Shown one piece after another: positions 12,770 to 23,202 of a DNA stretch of 64,000 nucleotides. The stretch comes from Mesotaenium endlicherianum (Eukaryota). The notes beneath the pieces were generated by a model that did no database searches, was not told the DNA's origin, and was given only the letters and a program-made list of their open reading frames with translations. The position numbers and the translations under genes are program-made. The DNA is taken from positions 62,001 through 126,000 of the forward strand of contig WELA01000881.1 of NCBI GenBank assembly GCA_009602735.1. Direction: 5' to 3'. How positions within the stretch are numbered: the first letter of the stretch is position 1; each line of letters opens with the position of its first letter.

Positions 12770-14939
12770 GCTTGTCAGGGCTGGCTACCAGCCCCTTGCT
12801 TGCTTTTGTGGGGCTGGCTGCCACCCCTGAGCTTGCTTTTGGCGGGGCTGGCTGCCAGCTCCTGCTTGCTTTTGTGGGGCTGGCTGCCACCCCTGAGCTT
12901 GCTTTTGTCGAGGCTGGCTGCCAGTCCCCTGCTTGCTTTTGTGGGACTGGCTGCCACCCCTGAGCTTGCTTTTGTCGAGGCTGGCTGCCAGTCCCCTGGT
13001 TGCTTTTGTGGGGCTGGCTGCCACCCCTGAACTTGCTTTTGTCGGGGCTGGCTGCCAGCTCCTACTTGCTTTTGTGGGGCTAGCTGCCAGCCCCTTGCTA
13101 TTTTAAGATTTAAGTTGGGGCTGGCTGCCAGTCCCTCTCTTGCATTTGTCGGGGCTGGCTGCCAGTCCCTCTCTTGCTTTTGCCGGGGTTGGCTGTTAGC
13201 CACCTGCTTGCTTTTGGGGGGCTGGCTGCCAGCCCCTTACTTGGTAATTTAAGATTTTAGTTGGGGCTGCCTGCCAGTCCCTCTCTTGCGTTTGTCGGGG
13301 CTGCCTGCCAGTCCCTCTCTTCCGTTTGTGGGGCTGGCTGCCAGCCCTGAGCTTGCTTTTGTCGGGGCTGGCTGCCAGCTTCTGCTTGCTTTTGTCAGGG
13401 CTGGCTGCCAGCCCCCTGCTTGCTTTTGTGGGGCTGGCTGCTAGCCCCTTACTTGCTATTTTAAGATTTTAGTTGGGGCTACCTGCCAGTCCCTCTCTTG
13501 CATTTGTCGGGGCTGGCTGTTAGTCCCTCTCTTGCGTTTGTCGGGGCTGGCTGCCAGCCCCCTGCTTGCTTTTGTTGGGGCTGGCTGCCAGCTATTGCTT
13601 GCTTTTGTGGGGCTGGCTGCCAACCTCTTGCTATTTTAAGATTTTAGTTGGGGCTGACTGCCAGTTCCTCTCTTGCGCTTGTTGGGACTTGCTGCCAGCC
13701 CCCTACTTGCGTTTGTGGGGCTGGCTGCTAGCCCTGAGCTTGCTTTTGTCAGGGGTGGCTGACAGCCCCCTGCTTGTTTTTGTGGGGCTGGCTGCTAGCC
13801 CCTTACTTGCTATTTTAAGATTTTAGTTTGGGCTGCCTGGCAGTCCCTCTCTTGCAATTGTCGGGGCTGGCTGTTAGTCCCTCTCTTGCGTTTGTCAGGG
13901 CTAGTTGCCAGTCCCTTGCTTGCTTTTGTAGGGCTGGCTGCCACCCCTGAGCTTGCTTTTGTCGAGGCTGGCTGCCAGCCCCCTGCTTGCTTTTGAGGGG
14001 CTGGCTGCCAGCTCCTGCTTGCTTTTGTGGGGCTGGCTGCCAGCCTCTTGCTATTTTAAGATTTTAGTTGGGGCTGGCTGCCAGTTCCTCTCTTGCGTTT
14101 GTTGGGGCTGGCTGCGAGTCCCTCTCCTGCGTTTGTCAGGGCTGGCTGCCAGTCCCTTGCTTGCTTTTGTCGAGGCTTGCTGCCAGCCCCCTGCTTGCTT
14201 TTGTGGGGCTGGCTGCAAGCCCTGAGCTAAGTTTTGTCGGGGCTGGCAGCCAGCTCCTGCTTGCTTTTGTGGGGCTGGCTGCTAGTCTCTTGCTATTTTA
14301 AGATTTTAGTTAGGGCTTGCTGCCAGTTCCTCTCTTGCGTTTATTGGGACTGGCTGCTAGCCCCTTACTTGCTATTTTAAGATTTTAGTTCGGGCTGCCT
14401 GCCAGTCCCTCTCTTGCATTTGTCGCGGTTGGCTGTTAGTCCCTCTCTTGCGTTTGTCAGGGCTGGCTGCCAGTCCCTTGCTTGCTTTTGTAGGGCTGGC
14501 TGCCACCCCTGAGCTTGCTTTTGTCGAGGCTGGCTGCCAGCCCCCTGCTTGCTTTTGTGGGGCTGGCTGCTACCCCTGAGCTTGCTTTTGTCAGGTTGGC
14601 TGCCAGCTCCTGCTTGCTTTTGTGGGGCTGGCTGCCAGCCTCTTGCTATTTCTAGTTAGGGCTGTATAATGAATGCCGTCTCTTGCATTTGTCGGGGCTC
14701 GCTGCAAGTCCCTCTCCTGCGTTTGTCAGGGCTGGCTGCCAGCCCCCTGCTTGCTTTTGTGGGGCTGGCTGCCAGCCCTGAGCTTGCTTTTGTCGAGGCT
14801 GGCTGCCAGCTCCTGCTTGCTTTTGTGGGGCTGGCTGCCACCCCTGAGCTTGCTTTTGTCAGGCTGGCTGCCAGCTCCTGCTTGCTTTTGTGGGGCTGGC
14901 TGCCAGCCTCTTGCTATTTTAAGATTTTAGTTAGGGCTG
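12770..14939. repeat. Tandem array of the palindrome GGGGCTGGC-T-GCCAGCCCC with TGCTTGCTTTTGT-type linkers (left part)
   Basis: Dozens of ~30-35-bp units punctuated by TTGCTATTTTAAGATTTTAGTT. Continues after the LTR element at 23203. Confidence 0.95.
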
Positions 14940-15636
14940 TGTAATGAATCAGTATATTAGTACATATAATATTCATTTAAATATAATAGTTAAATAAGTT
15001 CAGCCTGCTGAACTTTAGTTAATAGTCAGTCTGCTGGACTTTACATAATTATCAGTTTAATGACTCAGTCGAAAGCAGCAGCCTGAAAGTCCATATAAGT
15101 CAGCTGGCTGACACATTCTTTGACAGCATTCCATACTCGGTAGCAGCGAACTGCCTTGATATGCATCAAAGTGCGATATGCTAGATGAATAGCCAGATGA
15201 CATCCCTATGATGGATGGCTATTCGGGATGATGGGATATGGCGGTGGATTTGGTTAACCGAGGTCCTACCAACGTGGTTAAGTCGCACTGACCGTTGAGC
15301 AGTAAACTCATTCCATGTACATATGCTAGGCATTGCCCTCGAGTTCGGCATTCGGAAACGAGGCCAACTCTCTTGTAAAGCTTATTGAGAGAGATCTGAA
15401 TCCAAGGCGACAAGCCATTGACACGCACTGTCTTCTAACCTTGCTTATGTATGAGTTTACTGATTTGCATTATTGATGCCTAGTTTACTCTCATTTGACT
15501 GACAAGTATTATGCACTGCTAGTGCGCTGTCCTTTTGCCGTTAAAACAGTTAACAAAAAATACCATAAAGATTACTTGCTGATATAAAGATCTTTATTAA
15601 TTGTTAATCGCCTATTTTGTAAGTCGATTCATTTCA
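14940..15636 (+). repeat. 5' LTR of family A copy 1
   Basis: TG...CA direct repeat of 22521-23202. Confidence 0.95.
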
Positions 15637-15637
15637 G

Positions 15638-15649
15638 TGGTATCGGAGC
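15638..15649 (+). promoter_or_regulatory. Primer-binding site TGGTATCGGAGC (initiator tRNA-Met type)
   Basis: 1 nt after the LTR end. One base away from the canonical plant TGGTATCAGAGC. Confidence 0.9.
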
Positions 15650-15670
15650 AGTTATCATAGTCTTCTTTGT

Positions 15671-17149
15671 ATGGTAAGGACAAGGTCTCAAACTAGCAAC
15701 TCCCGAGACATGGAGAACCAGGATAACGAGAATGTCGAAAACCAGGCGGAAAGCCATGTAGCGGGAACCCGTACCTATTCTGAAGCAGTAGCAGACACTG
15801 CAGCTAGGGAGGCTGCAGATGAGGCAGATGCTATTGTCTCAGTCGCAGCTCAGCAAACTGAGGGGGAGATAGCCTGACTAGAAGCTGAACAAGTAGCAAA
15901 GGCCGCTGAAGATGTACAAAGGAGGGAAGGACAGCCAGCTGACGAGCGAACTGTTGAAGAACTTATGGCATCAAGGGCCAATGTTCTGAACCCACCTCTT
16001 GCCGTACAACTCAATGTACCCCTAGGTCAAATACGTGACCAGCTGAATGCGGCAGGAATTGCTGCTGCAGGAGCAAGAGGGATTGTTGAGGACACTACTC
16101 AGCGAGTAGATGCCAATGCTGCTGCTGCATTTGCTAATCTACCACCCCAAAATGTAGACTTGGGAGCATTGTTCGTTCAGATGCAGTCGCAAATGGCGAC
16201 CATGTATCGGTTCCAGCAGGAGGTGAAAAGAATCATAATGTCCCTACTCCGGGAAAGAGACCAACTGGGGTCTCACACCACTAGTGCTGGTGGCCGAGGG
16301 CCTAGTAAGCCCAAGCCGAAACCTCCCCATGACTATGATCCTGAGGGAAACAGAAAATATTACCTGATCAAGTTTCTCGCGGATGTTGAGCAGTGGCTGG
16401 AGAACTACCCAGAACTGCAAACTTACGAGAAGGTCAGGCACACCGGTGCGCTACTGAAAGGCAGTGCCGCAGACTGGTGGCTTTACTGGAAGGAAGAGCG
16501 TAAGGCTCGGCAACTCGGTGACCCTACGTGGGTAGAGTTTGTCGAGAAGTTGCATGAGAAGTTTGATGTCATCAACCAGCAGGAGAAAGCTATCTATGCG
16601 ATGATCTCCCTGACACTGAAGCAGACCACTTCAGTTGCTGAGTTCGCTCAAAAGTTCCAAGAGAACATGATGAAGCAGCCGGATTTGCCAGAACGGTATA
16701 GGATAGCATCCTTCAGGTATGGCTTGAAATCCGAGGTCTCTGGTCATTGCGCTGAGAAAAAGTATGAGAAACTGGCTGACTTGATCCAGGATGCTGACGC
16801 CTGGGATCAGCAGCAGTTCAATCACAAGCGCCAGAGTAACGCTTTGGTGTCTAAGATTGTCAAAAAGCCCCACGGTTCCTACAATGCAGTTGAAGGAGAG
16901 CTGGCTGAGGATAATCAGGGTGATGAATATGAGTGTGAGTACGATGCTATTCAGTCTAGAGGTAGAGGTGGTCCCTCTCGAGGTAGCTATGGAAGGGGTG
17001 GTGGTAGGACTAAGCCGAGACCAGCCTCAGCAAAATCTACTTGCTACCATTGTCAGCAGAAAGGCCACTACAGAGAACAGTGTCCGGTCAAGCACCTGCC
17101 TAAGGTCGAGAGAAAAGACCAGCCTTTAAAAGACAGCAACAGTCAGTAA
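15671..17149 (+). pseudogene. gag: Gag (capsid-like + CCHC zinc knuckle) with a premature TGA at 15875-15877
   Basis: Near-identical to the intact 492-aa ORF at 62092-60614. [14 protein letters not shown] zinc knuckle. Confidence 0.93.
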
Positions 17150-20100
17150 TCCAGTCTACTGACTGTGAGGATGCTAGAGATAGTGAGTCGTCACTAGCTG
17201 CCCTCGTAGCAGGTATTATGGGTCCTGCTGAACTGGATTCACTATGCATGCCTGACAAACAGATAAAGGAGACCATCAGCAATATAGACGTCCAGAGAGT
17301 GCACACTCTGGATGCTCTTGTTCCACCTGATGTCCAACAATTCTTTGCTACGTCAAAACAACAATGAGAAAGTCAGGAAAAGACAGTCCCCCCTATCCTA
17401 CTGCATTGCATGATTGCAGGTAGGAAGGTGAGGGCATTTGTTGACGGAGGGGCGTCACATACCTTTATCCACAAGGACTTAGTTAAGCGGCTAAGGCTGC
17501 CTACTGTCACCCAAGGGAATAGAAAAATATTCCTTGGAGATGCCTCAAGTATCCCGGGAGGAGTTATAACCAAGCCTATTGAGGTCCAGTTAGGTTCTGG
17601 CATTGCAGTTCTAACTGAAACGCTTACATTTGAGGTACTCAACACTGGCTTTTATGATCTCGTGCTAGGCAGGTCCTGGCTTAATAGACATCAAGCTGAA
17701 GTGTGTTGGAGCAGAGGTACAGTTAAAGTGAGAGGAGCCAGTGATGGGCAGACTGACTTGGCACCCACCAGTGCTCTTCCTCTTGTCCTGTGTGGATGGC
17801 AAATGAAGGAAAAGAAGAGGCTTCCAGAAGGATGCAAGTTGCTGAATGCAATGGAGTTCGTCAAAAGCTGGAACCAGAAGGAAGACAGAATGTTCTGTCT
17901 GCTGCTAAGAGAGGTACCTCCTCAACCTGAAGAAGTGGTTGAGAAAAAGGTAAGCCCTCCGGAGCACCCTACTGCTGCAAAAATTGTTGCTCAGTACACT
18001 GATGTGTTTAACATGCCTCCAGGACTACCCCCTAAAAGGGAAGTAGATCATAGGATTGATCTATTACCTGGTAGCCAGCCACCCTGGCAACGCACTTATG
18101 GCTTGTCTTATTTGGAGAGCGAGGAGTTGAAAACACAGATTGCAGAGCTGGAGGAAAATGGTTACATTTCTCCCAGTAAATCACCGTACGGCGCACCTAT
18201 CCTATTTGTTAAGAAAAAGGATGGCAGTATGCGGATGTGTGTGGATTACAGAGCCCTGAACAGAATTACAGTAAAGAACAAGTATGCCTTACCCAGAATC
18301 GAGGACTTGCTTGATACCCTGTCTGGCGCTAAGGTGTTCAGTCAGATAGATCTCAAGAGTGGTTATCATCAAATCAGAATTGCTGAGGGGGATGAACACA
18401 AGACTGCTTTCCGCACACGTTATGGACACTATGAGTTCAACGTGATGCCATTTGGACTGACTAATGCTCCTGCTACCTTTATGGGTGCTATGAATGACAT
18501 TTTCAGACCTTATTTGGATAAGTTTGTGCAAGTTTTCCTGGATGATATTTTAATTTTCTCTATAGATGAAGCTCAGCACACTGAACACTTCAAAACAGTC
18601 CTGGACACTCTGCGGAAAAAACACTTGTATGCTAAAATGAGCAAGTGTGATTTCTTTAAGGAAAGTATTGAATTCTTAGGCCACGTTGTTAGTAAGGAAG
18701 GCATCAGTGTGGATCCTAAGAAAGTCCAGACCATACGGGACTGGCCACTACCACAGTCTATCTCTGAAGTTAGATCCTTCCTCGGGTTGGCTAACTACTA
18801 TACGAGATTTATTGAGAATTATTCCACAAAGGCCAGTAAACTGACTGACCTTACTAAGAAAGACATCGGGTATGTGTGGGGGGAAGCGCAGCGGGCTGCC
18901 TGCCAGACCCTTAAAGGTGCCCTTTGTTCCGCCCCAGTGCTATCCGTGTATGACCCCAGCAAATCGGTGCAGGTGGTTACTGATGCCTCTGATTTTGCCA
19001 TGGGTGCTATTTTGTTGCAGCCTGCTGACAAAACCACAAAGGATGGTAAGGTACGGCCGGAGTGGCATCATGTGTTGTATGAGTCTATGAAATTTAATCC
19101 AGCGGAGATTAATTACTCAGTGCATGACAAAGAGCTGCTAGCTATCATTCATGTACTCAAACAGTGGAGAGCATACTTACATGGTAAAGCTTTTAAGGTG
19201 ATTACAGATCATCTAGCTCTGACCCACTTTCAGAAGAAGTCCAAGCTGTCGAGGAGGGAGAACCGCTGGAGCCAGATGCTGGAGCAGTTCCAAGTCCAGA
19301 TCGACTACAAACCAGGGAAGTTGAATCCTGCTGATGCACTCTCTAGAAGACCTGACTTGCAAGAAAGGAACTTTAGTCAGCATGCTGTAGATAAAGTCCT
19401 GTGTGCACTCACTTCACTAAAGGTGAAAAAGTCCTTCCTTGAACAACTTAGGAAAGCCTACCTTTCTGACCCAACATTTGAGCCCAGCCCCACTACTGGT
19501 GTGTGTCGTGCTACTGCACTCGGGTATAAGCTTAAGGGAGGGGTCTGGGTGACTGAAACCACTTCAGGCAGGCTGAAGCTGGTCATTCCTAATAACTTGG
19601 AAATAAGGTCTCTCTTACTGAGTCAAGCTCATGACAGTCTCCTGGGTGGACATTTGGGGCAGGCCAAAACTGTTGGCAAATTGGCAAAACATTATCAGTG
19701 GGAGGGGTTACCCCGGGAGGTCTTAAACTATGTCAAGTCCTGTGACCAGTGTCAGAGAAATAAGTCTCGACACACACCACCAGGAGGTCTCTTGCAACCG
19801 CTGCCCATCCCAACTGGACGCTGGGAAACTATCCATGGACTGGGTGGTCTCACTACCAAGAACTGCCAACGGGCATGGTTCAATACTGATAGTTGTGGAT
19901 AAACTGACAAAAATGGTCATTTTTACCTCCCTGGTGTGGTCAAGAAAAAGCTTGGCCCTGTCTGGGTCGGTCCATATTCGGTGGTCCGTCGTGTCGGTCA
20001 GAATGCTTACAAACTGAACATGTCAGCTGAATACAAGGGGCACCCGGTCTTTAATGTCTCCTTCCTGGAACCATACATCAAAGGTGATACACTGTTCACA

Positions 20101-20346
20101 GGTCGGTTCCCTGTCCAACCGAGACCGGTCCCCGCTGTCCGGGACGGCGACCCTGAGGAATATGAGGTCGATGAGATTTTAGACGCTCGCTCGGTCCGTC
20201 GATCGTCTAAATATGTCATGAAATACCTCATTCGATGGAAGGGTTACGATGCCTCTGGGGACACTTGGGAGTTTAAGGACCACTTGACCAATGCCAAAGG
20301 GGCGTTGACACAGTTCCACCTCCAGGCCGCTGGATTCCCTCCGTAG
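17125..20346 (+). pseudogene. pol: Pol (PR-RT-RNaseH-truncated integrase-chromodomain), disrupted
   Basis: FVDGGAS protease, FLDD RT, TDASD RNase H, HHCC integrase N-terminus and YEVDEIL...YLIRWKGY...TWE chromodomain. Relative to copy 2 it has a stop at ~17366, a frameshift near 19835 and a deletion of the integrase core at ~19925. Confidence 0.93.
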
Positions 20347-20731
20347 CTGTCATTTCAGTTGACACGGGAAGGTGACAGGCGGTCCTGTCTCCATTTAAGT
20401 TGGAGGGGAAAATATATGACAGTTAGTGAGGAGAGCAATAAAAGAACAGTTACGTGAATCCTAAGTGTCAGCATAGTGACAGAGGGGACAGCCTGGCCCA
20501 CATAAAGCACCTTGAGCTGAAGGAAAAAGGGGCCTCGCACAACACCACAACACTCACCCTAAAACACACTCATACGTTTATGTGTAGCGCATCGCAACTA
20601 CGTCAACTTTTAGCAATCATCCTGTAAGGTAAACAGCAGCGAAGCCACTATACTAATAGTAACATACTTCCTGCAATCCCTCTGACAAAATTCCATATCC
20701 TACTAACTGGTGCCCTGGTTACATGTGCAGG

Positions 20732-22407
20732 ATGGCGCCCACCACACAAAAGGAGGACAGAAAGCGCAAGGCAGAAGAAGCCAGGAGGACAATGGAGCAA
20801 TACCAGAAGGAGCTGGCGGCGACGTCCCTCACCAGGAGAGAACAAGAAAGGGTCCGCAAACAACAAGAGGCGGCAGAAGAGGCACAGAGGAAGAAGGATC
20901 AGGAAGCGGAAAACCTCAGGAAGGCCGAGGAGGAGAGACAAAAGAAACAGCAAGAAGAAGCGGCAGCGGTAGAAGAGGAGAAAAGGAAAAGATTGAAGCG
21001 GACAGACAAAAGAGCTTGGCCACATACAAGTATACTGTGCTGGGTGGCCAAAACTTCGATAACCTGAAGGAAACATTGCTGGCAGCCCAGGAGATCAACA
21101 GGCTGGAACAGACAACACTGCTACAGAAGGAAGGAGCAACAGCACTGGATAGGTACATCGAGACACACACCGGCGTGGTCCTTTACGAAGATTATGCTAA
21201 GTTGGTGGGCTATACAGCGGAGCAGGCCCGGTATCTCGCAGATGATTCAGAGGACAAGCCGGTCCCCATACCGGGAATAGTGGGAGATCAGAGACTCATC
21301 CGGATGGTGAGCATGCGGCCCGATAGCTTTAAGGATACGGTATTCTACCTCACACTCCTGCCAGCTTACAATGAAGTTGAGAGAAGGAGCTGGGAGTACT
21401 TGGCCAGGGAAGCAGGACAGCAGATGTTCTCTCCCCACTGGTTCCCGTGTAAACTGAGGAAGGCTGAGCACGGACCCCAGTACTACCAGCAGCCAACAGA
21501 CTGGAGGTGGATGACCGTCACAAATAAGAAGCAGGAGTGTGACCGAGCCCAACCGGATGACTTCCACTATGGCCTAGACGGCTATCTCATCCTACCACCT
21601 CACATTGCCCCTTGGGACCCCAGGCTGAATGGATGCCTGAGCAATATGAATGCAGAGACCAAGGAACATAGGAGGAGGGGAAGAGACTACTTCTCTAAGG
21701 GAAAGCATGCCTTTGTCAAATGGGCAAAGAATGCAGGCCGGATAGATATCAGTAGGCTGAAGGCCAAGCAACCTCCAGCGCGCCCTAAGAAAGGGAGGTC
21801 GGTAGACTACTCCATGTCTACTAGGGAGCAGGACGACTTAGTGGACGAGACCCCTACTCTCTCCGAGGAGGAGGATGAGGAGGATGAGGAAGAAGAACAA
21901 GGCAGAGGAGAAGCATCAGCAGCAGGTACTCAGGATACCCAGGGACAGGCAGTGGCACTTCCTAAAGAACCACAATCAGGTGTTTGGAATGTGATCCCCG
22001 TTATGGCGACAACTGGACCCCGCGCTCGCTCCCCCAGTCCACCTGCCCAAGCAGGGGAAGAAGGTGATCTGACTGTACTAGGCAGCAGACAGAGACAGAA
22101 ATCCCCAGAGAACAGGGGTGCCAGAAGAGGGACACGCGGGTGGGCCAGAGGTATGCCAGCCTCCCCCTCTGCTCATGGGCATGTACCTCTAGCCAATGTA
22201 TTTCAGCATCCTACTGGAATGCCTGTCTATGTGGGAATCAACACCCAAGTGGTTGAAGAGCAGGCTACCATCCTTCGTTCTCCTCGAGGTCCAACTTTAG
22301 AGCAAACCGGGTTCTTTAGAAGGCCAGCTGACAGACCTAGAGGGCTGTCCAGATCTAGGTCCAGATCTCCGTCTCCTGACCCTGAAGCCCCAGGAACCAC
22401 CCCTTAA
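20732..22407 (+). CDS. ORF3: uncharacterised accessory protein of the retrotransposon (coiled-coil N-terminus, conserved W/Y-rich core, acidic tract, RS-rich tail); one frameshift near 20980-20990
   Basis: Joining ORF 20723-21067 (MAPTTQKEDRKRKAEE...) to ORF 20710-22407 gives a protein colinear with 56503-54955. Shared motifs include YNEVERRSWExLARE, PTDWRWMT and LPPHIAxWDPRL. Confidence 0.8.
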
Positions 22408-22520
22408 GGTGACAGGCTGAAAAGATAGTCAGTAAGGGAGGCTGGTCAGGGTCAGTTTCTTTATTTAAAGCTTTTGCAGTTTAATGTTGTCGAGGCGACA
22501 ACAAGTTAAGTTGGAGGGAT

Positions 22521-23202
22521 TGTAATGAATCAGTATATTAGTAGATATAATATTCATTTAGATATAATAGTTGATTAAGTTCAGCCTGCTGAACTCTAGT
22601 TAATAGTCAGTCTGCTGGACTTTACATAATTATCAGTTTAATGACTCAGTCGAAAGCAGCAGCCTGAAAGTCCATATAAGTCAGCTGGCTGACACATTCT
22701 TTGACACNTACATTCCGTACTCGGTAGCAGCGAACTGCCTTGATATGCATCTAAGTGCGATATGCTAGATGAATAGCCAGATGACATCCCTATGATGGAT
22801 GGCTATTCGGGATGATGGGAGATGGCGGTGGATTTGGTTAACCGAGGTCCTACCAACGTGGTTAACTCCCGGGTAGGCGGTGCCATCGCACTGACCGTTG
22901 AGCAGTAAACTCGGCATTTGGAAACGAGGCCAACTCTCTTGTAAAGCTTACTGAGAGAAATCTGAATCCAAGGCGAGAAGCCATTGACACGCACTGTCTT
23001 CTAACCTTGCTTATGTATGAGTTTACTGATTTGCATTATTGATGCCTAGTTTACTCTCATTTGACAGACAAGTATTATGCATCGCTAGTGCGCTGTCCTT
23101 TTGCCGTTAAAATAGTTAACGGAAAATACCATAAAGATTACTTGCTGATATAAACATCTTTATTAATTGTTAATCGCCTCTTTGGTAAGTCGATTCATTT
23201 CA
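22521..23202 (+). repeat. 3' LTR of family A copy 1
   Basis: Direct repeat of 14940-15636, preceded by PPT TAAGTTGGAGGGAT. Confidence 0.95.

Larger units (their letters stand above)
14940..23202 (+). mobile_element. Ty3/gypsy chromovirus LTR retrotransposon, family A copy 1 (defective), with extra ORF3
   Basis: LTRs 14940-15636 and 22521-23202 (TGTAATGA...TCATTTCA). TSD GGCTG (14935-14939, 23203-23207). PBS at 15638 and PPT at 22507-22520. Domain order gag, PR-RT-RH-partial IN-chromodomain. Confidence 0.97.

Noticed and set aside
20710..20980. N-terminus MPWLHVQDG... of the 565-aa ORF call
   Set aside because: Wrong frame. Homology with copy 2 and the splice acceptor point to ATG 20732 (MAPTTQK...) with a frameshift near 20985.
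20732..22407. ORF3 as a retroviral env gene
   Set aside because: The position fits, but there is no signal peptide or hydrophobic transmembrane segment and the protein is highly charged.
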